DNA of 45,778 nt from Pseudomonadota bacterium (GTDB lineage: Bacteria > Bdellovibrionota > FAC87 > UBA2466), in NCBI GenBank assembly GCA_043767805.1, contig JAYUGC010000193.1, positions 1-45,778 on the forward strand, read 5' to 3'. Below, one piece after another: positions 9,545 to 17,362 of this stretch (the first letter of the stretch is position 1; each line of letters starts with the position of its first letter). The notes under the pieces are model-generated. The model saw only the letters and a program-made list of their open reading frames with translations, did no database searches and was not told the origin of the DNA. The position numbers and the translations under genes were made by a program.

Positions 9545-12352
9545 GTGCGTAACTTAATCTTGCGGGGAGTCCGCCAGAACAACTTAAAAGACATCGACGT
9601 GGACTTGCCCTTGGGCATGAACGTTGTAGTCACCGGCCCCAGCGGTTCGGGCAAATCTTCCCTCGCCTTTGAAACGGTCTACGCCGAAGGGCAACGCCGT
9701 TACATGCAGTCTTTGTCCACGTACGCCCGGCAGTTCATGGAGCGATTCCGGGCTCCGGACGCCGATAGCATCCAGAACATCCCGCCAACCATCGCCGTCG
9801 AGCAGATCAATCCGGTCCGCAACTCGCGCGCTACTGTCGGCACGACGACCGAGCTCTATGACTATTTTCGGCTGATGTACGAGAAAATTGGCGTCGAGTA
9901 CTGCGCCAAATGCGATGTTCCGATGGAACGACGCACGCTGGAAGACATCGCCGCCGGGCTCGCCAAAGCGCATGGCGGAAAGGCCGTGGTCTTTGGCTTT
10001 CATCGCATCTTGCCCAAGGTAAAGGCGACCGCGAAAGAGCTCTTGGAAGAGTACCTCCGCTCCGGCTATTCACGCGTGCTGAGTGACGGCAAAGTCACGC
10101 TCATCGAAGAAGCTTTGAAAGACGGCGCGCTTCGCGGTGTCTCGGTCACCATCATCATCGATCGCATCAAGCTCCCGGCCGAAGCGCTTTCCGACAGCCA
10201 GATGTCGCGGGTCACCGAAGCCTTGCGCAATGCCATGGAGCTCGGCGCGGGCATGGCGCAAGTCTTTGTCGAGAACGAAGCGGTGTACTCGTCGGCGGGA
10301 GAGTTCACGACTCAAAACCGCTGCCCGAGCTGTGGCGCCATTTCTCCTCCGCGCACCGCGATTTCCTTCTCGTTCAATAGCCCGCTCGGGGCTTGCGAGA
10401 CTTGCCGGGGGTTTGGCAATACTTTGGAAGTCGATCCCGATCTCGTCATTCCCAATGCTCAGCTGTCCTTGAACCAGGGCGCGGTGGATCCCTTCACTAA
10501 GCCAAGCCTGAAAAGCTGGCAGAAGAAAATGATGGCCTTCGCAAAGACCGCGCGCATCGACGTCGACCTTCCGTACCGAGAGCTTCCTGAAAAACAGCGG
10601 GACGCGATTTTCTTCGGCACGAAGGGCTTCAAAGGAATCAAGGGGGTCTTCGACATCCTCGAGGAAGAGCGCTACAAGATGCGCATCCGCGTCTTCGTGA
10701 GCCGGTATACGTCGCCCTTCCCTTGCAAAAGTTGCCACGGCAAACGGCTGAATGAGGGTGGCCTGCGCATCAAAGTCGGCGGGACCAACATCTCTGAGCT
10801 GACCGATAAACCCATTCGGGACTTACGGACCTTTTTCAAGAAACTGCCGCTGAACGATCATCAGACGCGCATCTCGGTCGACATTCTCGCGCAAATCCAC
10901 CGGCGCCTCGATTACCTCGATACGGTGGGCTTGGGTTACCTGACCCTGTCTCGGCTGACCCGGACGCTCTCGGGAGGCGAGTACCAACGCATCCTGCTCG
11001 CCACCCAGCTGAGCCAAGGCCTGACAGACACGCTCTACGTTTTGGACGAGCCGAGCATCGGGTTGCATCCGAAGGATACTCAAAGACTCCTCAGCGTCCT
11101 CAACCGGCTTCGGGAAAAAGGAAATTCCCTGCTCATCGTGGAGCACGATCCGGAAATCATCGACTGGGCCGAGCACGTGGTGGACATGGGCCCCGGCGCG
11201 GGAAGACTCGGCGGCAACGTCGTCTTCTCGGGAAGTCAGGCGCAGTTCAAGCTTTCCACCTGTGAAACGGCCAAGTCGATTCGGCATTGGAAAGACGCGT
11301 GCTTCAAGCAACTCGCCGAGCCCCTGCCCAAAGATCATTCGCGCTGGCTGAAAGTTCAAAAAGCCGCCTCCCACAATTTACAATCCGTGAGCGTCGACAT
11401 CCCGCTCGGAAAACTCGTGGCCGTGACCGGAGTGTCCGGGTCCGGGAAAAGCACGCTCATCGTCGACACCGTCTATCAAGCGCTTGCGAAAATCTTCCTG
11501 GGACGCAGCGAAAAGATTGGCCGCTTCGGCTCTCTCAGCGGCTTCGAGCATCTTTCGGCGGTGGAGCTCATCGATCAAACCGCCATCGGAAAATCCTCAC
11601 GCTCCAATCCCATTACTTTCATCAAGGCTTACGACGAAATCCGAATGCTCTTTTCGTCCACGCGGGAAGCCGCGGCTCAGAGGCTGACTCCGGGGCATTT
11701 CTCCTTCAACGTCGCCGGCGGACGCTGCGAAACCTGCGAAGGCGAAGGACGCGTGAAGATCGACATGGTCTTCATGGAAGACATCTTCGTCCCTTGCACG
11801 ACGTGCGATCAAAAACGATTCAAGCCGAACGTTTTAGCGGTCCGCTTGAAGGGCAAAAACATCGACGACGTGCTCAGAATGACCGTCGAAGAAGCGTTCA
11901 GCTTTTTCGACGAGTCCGCCTCTTTGCGCAACAAGCTCGCGCTCTTGCAGGAAGTCGGTTTGGGCTATCTGCAGCTCGGCCAGCCGTCGTTCACCCTCTC
12001 TGGCGGCGAGGCGCAGCGGCTAAAAATCGCGCGCGAGCTCACGCAGGGAACGGTGAAACGATTGCCCACGCTTTTCATACTGGATGAGCCGACCACGGGC
12101 CTTCATTTCAACGAGATCTCTCGTTTGATCTACGTACTTAAGCGCCTGGTGACTCAAGGGCATTCAGTGATCGTCATTGAGCACAACGTGCAGCTGATTT
12201 GCGCTGCCCAATATGTGATCGACCTAGGACCTGACGGTGGCGAGCAGGGCGGACGTGTTGTCGCGGTGGGCACGCCCAAGGAATTGGCGCAAAAGAAGTT
12301 ACCACATACGGGTTTGCATCTCGCCGAGATCCTAAGCGAATTAAAATTGTGA
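9545..12352 (+). CDS. uvrA: excinuclease ABC subunit A
   Basis: Two ABC modules (GPSGSGKSS, GVSGSGKST, LSGGE twice), AEGQRRYMQSLS, CxxC zinc fingers; GTG 9545 follows a G-rich RBS. Confidence 0.96.
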   Translation: MRNLILRGVRQNNLKDIDVDLPLGMNVVVTGPSGSGKSSLAFETVYAEGQRRYMQSLSTYARQFMERFRAPDADSIQNIPPTIAVEQINPVRNSRATVGTTTELYDYFRLMYEKIGVEYCAKCDVPMERRTLEDIAAGLAKAHGGKAVVFGFHRILPKVKATAKELLEEYLRSGYSRVLSDGKVTLIEEALKDGALRGVSVTIIIDRIKLPAEALSDSQMSRVTEALRNAMELGAGMAQVFVENEAVYSSAGEFTTQNRCPSCGAISPPRTAISFSFNSPLGACETCRGFGNTLEVDPDLVIPNAQLSLNQGAVDPFTKPSLKSWQKKMMAFAKTARIDVDLPYRELPEKQRDAIFFGTKGFKGIKGVFDILEEERYKMRIRVFVSRYTSPFPCKSCHGKRLNEGGLRIKVGGTNISELTDKPIRDLRTFFKKLPLNDHQTRISVDILAQIHRRLDYLDTVGLGYLTLSRLTRTLSGGEYQRILLATQLSQGLTDTLYVLDEPSIGLHPKDTQRLLSVLNRLREKGNSLLIVEHDPEIIDWAEHVVDMGPGAGRLGGNVVFSGSQAQFKLSTCETAKSIRHWKDACFKQLAEPLPKDHSRWLKVQKAASHNLQSVSVDIPLGKLVAVTGVSGSGKSTLIVDTVYQALAKIFLGRSEKIGRFGSLSGFEHLSAVELIDQTAIGKSSRSNPITFIKAYDEIRMLFSSTREAAAQRLTPGHFSFNVAGGRCETCEGEGRVKIDMVFMEDIFVPCTTCDQKRFKPNVLAVRLKGKNIDDVLRMTVEEAFSFFDESASLRNKLALLQEVGLGYLQLGQPSFTLSGGEAQRLKIARELTQGTVKRLPTLFILDEPTTGLHFNEISRLIYVLKRLVTQGHSVIVIEHNVQLICAAQYVIDLGPDGGEQGGRVVAVGTPKELAQKKLPHTGLHLAEILSELKL

Positions 12353-12396
12353 AGAAAACTTCACAGCCGGTGCACTGCGAATGGGCAGCCCTCGGA

Positions 12397-12425
12397 TTGA
12401 CACGGTGTGTTGCTGTCTGTACACT
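12397..12425 (+). promoter_or_regulatory. sigma70-type promoter for the sigma54 activator gene
   Basis: TTGACA(12397-12402)-17 nt-TACACT(12420-12425). Confidence 0.75.
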
Positions 12426-12641
12426 AAAAGTAATTCATCGTCGTAGAAACAGTCACCACCCACATCAACAGTTAAACAGCGCAACGCCTGGACACTGATG
12501 TTCACGGCTTAGCCGACGATCACTTCCTAGCTCCTCACATCCAACGTTCAAGCGAAGCTTGAACGCTGAATGGTTCCTTCGGCACGGACGCCAAATCCAA
12601 AATTTAGTTCAACGTGCAACTTTCTTGTCTGGAGGACCGCC

Positions 12642-14219
12642 ATGATTAATTGGGATGAATTTGAACATATTCACGTCATCAGAAAGCTGAAAGAGGTCAT
12701 CGGCCGCTGGTTCGAAGTCGATGTCTTTTTCGCCGACGACCGCGGTAACCTCAAGGCGTTCGAGAAGGGCCAGAAAAAGCAACTCTCGAACCACGTCATG
12801 AACCTGCTCACCCAGCGGGACAACGGCTACGAGGCGCTGTCCGAGTACGCCCGTAACGTCGTCACCGACTTGCGGAAAAGCCAGGACAAAGATTACGTAC
12901 GCGATTTCTTACCCCACTTCGCCGGCTCGGCCTTCCCCATTGTCATGGATAATGACTTCATGGGAGCCGTCATGTGCATCGGCTACTTCCGTGGCGCGCT
13001 GAACGACGGACACAAGAAAGAGCTAGCTAAAGCCCTCGCCCACTTCAATCTTCCCCACCAGGACATCGACATCGCCGTCGGTAAGGTCAAGCTGCTCGAC
13101 AAAGAACAGCTGCCCTACTTCACGGAGCTGGCCGATCTGGTGACGCAGGAAATCTGCACTCTCCACAAGGAGATTACACTCCGAGAAGACAGGATCTCGG
13201 AGCTCAATAAAGAGCTCGGCATCCGCTACAAGTACGACAGCATGATCGGTAAGTCCAAGCCCATGCAGGACACGTACTCGCTGCTCGATAAAATCAAGAA
13301 CAGCGAGAGCACGGTCCTCATTCAGGGTGAGAACGGCACCGGTAAAGAGCTCATCGCCAAAGCGATCCATTACAACTCTTCCCGAAAAGACAAGGTATTC
13401 GTGACGCAGAACTGTTCCGCGTTCAACGATAACCTCCTCGACTCGGAATTGTTTGGGCACGTGAAAGGATCTTTCACGGGCGCCGTGAAAGACAAGAAAG
13501 GCCTCTTCGAAGTCGCCGACGGAGGAACCTTCTTCCTAGACGAAATCGGGGATACCTCTCCGAGCATGCAGGTTAAGTTGCTGCGCGTGATTCAAGAAGG
13601 AACGTTCATCCCGGTGGGTGCGACCGAGCCCCGCAAAGTGGACGTCCGGATCTTGGCCGCGACCAACAAAGACCTAAAAGACATGGTCGAGAAAGGCACC
13701 TTCCGCGAAGACCTTTATTACCGCATCAACGTCATCAACATCACGGTACCGCCTCTCAGAGACCGCAAAGAAGACATCCCGCTCCTTGCCGAGCACTTTC
13801 TCAAACGGTGCGCCGAGGAGAAACAGATCAAGCCGAAGGTCCTCACGAAACGGGCTTTAGAGAAGATCTTCGATTATCCCTGGCCGGGTAACATCCGCGA
13901 GCTCGAAAACGAAATGGAGCGCGTGACGGTGTTGGCCGGTGCCGAAGGCAAAATTACGGTCGACATGCTCTCCGCCCGCATCCGCGAGTTCGGCGAGCGC
14001 AGCAAAGTCCAAGGCGTACGCATCCAAGGCAAGCTCCGCGATGCCCTAGAAGAGCTCGAGCGGGAAATGATCCGCGAAGGCTTGAAGCGCACCGGCTGGA
14101 ACAAGTCTCGGTTGGCTAAAGAGCTCGGCATCAGCCGCGCCGGCCTTATCAACAAGGTCGAAAAGTACAACCTGGATAAACGTAAGCTGGCCAAGGCCGC
14201 GAAGGATGGTGTCGCCTAA
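12642..14219 (+). CDS. sigma54-dependent enhancer-binding protein with N-terminal PocR-like sensor
   Basis: GGAGG RBS 12631-12635; GENGTGKE Walker A, ELFGHVKGSFTGA, FLDEIGD, FREDLYYRINV, WPGNIRELEN, Fis-type HTH; N-terminal non-receiver domain resembling PocR. Confidence 0.92.
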   Translation: MINWDEFEHIHVIRKLKEVIGRWFEVDVFFADDRGNLKAFEKGQKKQLSNHVMNLLTQRDNGYEALSEYARNVVTDLRKSQDKDYVRDFLPHFAGSAFPIVMDNDFMGAVMCIGYFRGALNDGHKKELAKALAHFNLPHQDIDIAVGKVKLLDKEQLPYFTELADLVTQEICTLHKEITLREDRISELNKELGIRYKYDSMIGKSKPMQDTYSLLDKIKNSESTVLIQGENGTGKELIAKAIHYNSSRKDKVFVTQNCSAFNDNLLDSELFGHVKGSFTGAVKDKKGLFEVADGGTFFLDEIGDTSPSMQVKLLRVIQEGTFIPVGATEPRKVDVRILAATNKDLKDMVEKGTFREDLYYRINVINITVPPLRDRKEDIPLLAEHFLKRCAEEKQIKPKVLTKRALEKIFDYPWPGNIRELENEMERVTVLAGAEGKITVDMLSARIREFGERSKVQGVRIQGKLRDALEELEREMIREGLKRTGWNKSRLAKELGISRAGLINKVEKYNLDKRKLAKAAKDGVA

Positions 14220-14266
14220 CCGCGACCTGACCTAAGCAAATATTCAACCAATAACGGTGAATCCGA

Positions 14267-14309
14267 GTGACGGCCCGCTCTCCGAAAGGAGGGTGGGCCG
14301 TCGCTTTTT
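14267..14309 (+). terminator. rho-independent terminator
   Basis: GTGACGGCCCGCTCTCC-GAAA-GGAGGGTGGGCCGTCGC stem (with G-U pairs) followed by TTTTT. Confidence 0.85.
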
Positions 14310-14353
14310 GATCCGCGAAGGGGCGTGTTGGGCGTTGCTTGCGCTTTGCTTGA

Positions 14354-14704
14354 GCGAGTCCGCGCCTTCCGACGCTGGTAGCGGCGCACGAGTATTGGCG
14401 CCGGGTTACCGTGTACGAGTTCGCTAATAGCGGCAATCATTTGCACCTAGCGGTGAAGGCGAAGGATAGACGGGGCTTTCAGTGCTTCTTGAGGGCGTTT
14501 AGCTCGAAGATAGCGCTCTTCGTAACCGGCGCGAAGAAAGAAAGAGCGGCCGGCAAGTTTTGGACGTACGCGCCCTACACGAGAATCGTCGAATGGGGCA
14601 TAGCTCTGCTGCGGCTCAAAGGGTACATCGCGAAGAACCGCATACTACCGAACGCAGATACCCGCGTTTTTTTTAATCTCTGGGCAAAAACTAAACTAGA
14701 ATGA
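14354..14704 (+). pseudogene. truncated HUH Y1 (REP-associated RAYT-like) transposase remnant
   Basis: VYEFANSGNHLHL HUH motif, KFW...PYTRIV and YIAKN catalytic Tyr helix; in-frame stop at 14351, N-terminal part missing. Confidence 0.7.
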
Positions 14705-14709
14705 AGGGC

Positions 14710-15147
14710 ATGCCGGAACGGAAAATCGAGTACCAGAAACTCGAGCACAAAGCGGACATGGGCTTTCTCGTCAAAGCGCCTTCCTGGCAACGGTTGTACA
14801 CCGATGCCGCGCTCAGTCTTACCGACATACGAGTCCGCCTGGACCGCATTACGGACACCGAGAAGCGCACGGTCGAAGTCGTCTCCGACGATAAAGAAGG
14901 CCTCATGGTCAAATGGCTGACCGAGGTGCTCTTCGTTTTCGAGAAGGATAGATTCCTCGCGAAGCGCGTGGTCATCACCAAGTTCGACGGCAAGTCGATC
15001 TCGGCGACACTCTGGGGCGAGTTTTACAATCCTCTGCGCCACGGCACTGTCTCCGAGATTAAGGCGGTAACTCACCACCAGCTTCAGCTGGGAGAGCTTC
15101 CAGGGGTTGAACCCACCTTTTTCGCGCGTATATTCTTGGATCTGTGA
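14710..15147 (+). CDS. archease
   Basis: LEHKADMG, WLTEVLF, EIKAVTHH and terminal FLDL motifs; overlaps the rtcB start. Confidence 0.93.
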   Translation: MPERKIEYQKLEHKADMGFLVKAPSWQRLYTDAALSLTDIRVRLDRITDTEKRTVEVVSDDKEGLMVKWLTEVLFVFEKDRFLAKRVVITKFDGKSISATLWGEFYNPLRHGTVSEIKAVTHHQLQLGELPGVEPTFFARIFLDL

Positions 15148-16595
15148 AACCCAAACCGCTTCAGATTCAAAAGCACACTCTCATTCCTCTCGAGCCCGGC
15201 ATTTGGCGTATCGAGCCTATCGGCGCCATGAAAGCGGGAGTGCATCTGATCGGTTCGCCACGGCTTCTCTCCAAGCTTTTCGAGGATAAAAGCATCGATC
15301 AGGCGGTGAACGTCGCTTGCCTCCCGGGCGTGCTGGATCCCGTGCTCACCATGCCGGACATTCACCAAGGCTATGGATTTCCGATCGGAGGGGTCGCGGC
15401 CTTTCACGCGGAGACAGGCCTCGTATCTCCGGGGGGCGTCGGTTATGACATTAATTGCGGCGTGAGAATGCTGCGCACTCCCTTCACCAAAGCGCAGCTT
15501 GCCGACGGAAACCGGGCGAGCCGGCTCGCCGATGGGCTCTTCGAAAAAATTCCGTGCGGCATCGGCTCCAAACGAAAAGATCTCCGGGTCGCGCCGGGAG
15601 AGCTGGACTCCGTGCTTGCCGATGGCGCGAAGTGGGCCGTGAAGCGCGGCTTTGGTTATAACCGCGACCTCGAGTACATCGAAGAGCTGGGCTGCCTCCC
15701 GTGGGCGGACCCGACCAAAGTAAGCCCACGCGCAAAAGAACGCGGCGAGTACCAGCTCGGCACCCTCGGCTCGGGCAATCATTTCGTCGAGATTCAAGCA
15801 GTCGACGAGCTTTTTGACCCGAAGATCGCGGAAAGCTTCGGGCTATTTCCCGGGCAAATCGTCGTCACGATACACACCGGCTCCCGGGGCGTGGGTTATC
15901 AAGTGTGCACCGACTCTCTGGAGTCCGCGCTTCACGCCGCCAAAAAATATGGCGTGGCCCTCCCGGACCGTGAACTGGCGTCGGCCCCTCTCGCTTCACC
16001 AGAAGGCAAAGCCTACATGGGTGCCATGGCCGCTGCTGCAAACTTCGCCTTCGCGAACCGCCAGGTCATCACCCACTGGGTGCGCGAAGTTTTCCAAAGC
16101 GTAATGGGCCAGGGCGATCTCGGGGTGATCTACGACGTCTGTCACAACATTGCTAAGTACGAGGAGTTTCCCGGACGGCCTCGGGTGTGCATTCACAGAA
16201 AAGGCGCCACACGGGCCTATCCGCCTGGACATTCTTCCCTGCCCTCCGCCTACCGGGAAGCGGGCCAGCCCGTTTTAGTCCCAGGCGACATGGGCCGTTA
16301 CAGTTACGTGCTCGCCGGTAAAAAAGGTTCTCTCGAGAAGAGTTTCGGAAGCGCGTGCCACGGGGCAGGCCGCGAAATGTCGCGCGCCCAGGCGAAGAAG
16401 CGCGGCAAAGGCAGAAATCCCGTGAAGGAAATGCAGGACCTCGGCGTTTCCCTGCGCGCGGCGGGACACAACACCGCGCTCGAGGAAATGCCGGAGGCAT
16501 ACAAAGACGCGGCCGAAGTCGTCGCCGCCGTCGAGCTCGCGGGCATCGCCGGTATCGTCGCTAAATTGAAGCCCCTCGCCGTGATTAAAGGCTGA
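15144..16595 (+). CDS. rtcB: RNA 3'-phosphate/5'-OH ligase RtcB
   Basis: MPDIHQGYGFPIGG, GYDINCGVR, GTLGSGNHF, IHTGSRG, YDVCHN, HRKGAT, SACHGAGR, EEMPEAYKD. Confidence 0.97.
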   Translation: MKPKPLQIQKHTLIPLEPGIWRIEPIGAMKAGVHLIGSPRLLSKLFEDKSIDQAVNVACLPGVLDPVLTMPDIHQGYGFPIGGVAAFHAETGLVSPGGVGYDINCGVRMLRTPFTKAQLADGNRASRLADGLFEKIPCGIGSKRKDLRVAPGELDSVLADGAKWAVKRGFGYNRDLEYIEELGCLPWADPTKVSPRAKERGEYQLGTLGSGNHFVEIQAVDELFDPKIAESFGLFPGQIVVTIHTGSRGVGYQVCTDSLESALHAAKKYGVALPDRELASAPLASPEGKAYMGAMAAAANFAFANRQVITHWVREVFQSVMGQGDLGVIYDVCHNIAKYEEFPGRPRVCIHRKGATRAYPPGHSSLPSAYREAGQPVLVPGDMGRYSYVLAGKKGSLEKSFGSACHGAGREMSRAQAKKRGKGRNPVKEMQDLGVSLRAAGHNTALEEMPEAYKDAAEVVAAVELAGIAGIVAKLKPLAVIKG

Positions 16596-16602
16596 GCCGG
16601 AA

Positions 16603-16968
16603 TTACCAGATGACGGAGAGACCGGTGAGATGAGGGACGGAATTTTCCGTCTGGGTGTCGGGATCGAAATGGGTTTGGCCGACTTTGGGATGGTTCTTCT
16701 CCATCTCCTGGAGCTCTTCGGCGGCCATGTCCTCGGCTTCCTCTTCGGAGCCGTCATAGCCTTCATTGATCCAAGCCTCGGCGACTTCCTCGGGCGTCAC
16801 GTCCCGAAGCATGGCTCCCACGGTGAGGTGGCGGCGGCATTGGCGGCACTGCCCCACTTCCTGGGTCGCCTCGTTCAGAAACAAGCAGAAGTGACAAAGG
16901 CGGAAATGCACGCCTTTCTCGTTCCAGCTGTCCTGCCGGTAGCTCGAATGTAGGGTCTTGCGGTTCAC
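16603..16968 (-). CDS. small zinc-ribbon protein with acidic C-terminal region
   Basis: CHFC-x12-CRQC pair, purine-rich RBS, TATACT -10-like hexamer at 17004-17009 on the minus strand. Confidence 0.7.
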   Translation of the reverse strand: MNRKTLHSSYRQDSWNEKGVHFRLCHFCLFLNEATQEVGQCRQCRRHLTVGAMLRDVTPEEVAEAWINEGYDGSEEEAEDMAAEELQEMEKNHPKVGQTHFDPDTQTENSVPHLTGLSVIW

Positions 16969-17095
16969 GGATACCCTTCCCTATTCCTTGTGCCTACACC
17001 TTAAGTATAGCGAAACTAACACAATGCGTCGATGGGTAGTTTTCCTGTTTAAATATTTGAATTTATTGTATTTTATTGAAAATCCAAGGGCGGTT

Positions 17096-17129
17096 AAAGA
17101 AAAAGGCCCCGGTGTCGCCACCGGGGCCT
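17096..17129 (-). terminator. rho-independent terminator
   Basis: 11-bp perfect stem AGGCCCCGGTG/CACCGGGGCCT (17104-17129) with a U-tract on the minus strand. Confidence 0.88.
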
Positions 17130-17132
17130 CTT

Positions 17133-17362
17133 AAAGGGTCGGGCAGAGGGACCTTTAGGCCCATCCACGAATCGCTTTGAACCACAACTTCAGCTACCGC
17201 TTACGTACCGCTTGGAGCGTTTAACATCCACTTGAGCTACAGCAACTCTGCCCTATCAGCTTTGCCCCTCGGGCTAGGCGTGAAACTTGTTTGAATATGG
17301 GAGTCTAGGTCCGTCGTCCTCGGGCTCGTTCTGATGAAGCGCCCGAGGACAATCGGTCTAGA
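17133..17362 (-). ncRNA. candidate structured RNA / long 3' trailer
   Basis: No long ORF; GTCCTCGGGC(17316-25)/GCCCGAGGAC(17341-50) and GGGCAGAG(17141-48)/CTCTGCCC(17246-53) helices lie between a stop codon and a terminator; family not recognised. Confidence 0.4.

Noticed and set aside
12642..14219. RtcR regulator of rtcB
   Set aside because: The N-terminal domain does not resemble the RtcR CARF domain, a terminator separates it from archease-rtcB, and no sigma54 box precedes archease
17141..17253. tRNA, Y RNA or 6S RNA call
   Set aside because: Only loose D/T-loop-like words; no cloverleaf, no Ro/Rsr gene nearby, and no long 6S-like rod evident by eye
17277..17346. Possible type II hammerhead ribozyme (GAAAC at 17282, GTC triplets, CTGATGA at 17331)
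   Set aside because: Stem I cannot form after any candidate cleavage triplet, stems II and III are poor, and CTGATGA sits in the loop of a stronger hairpin
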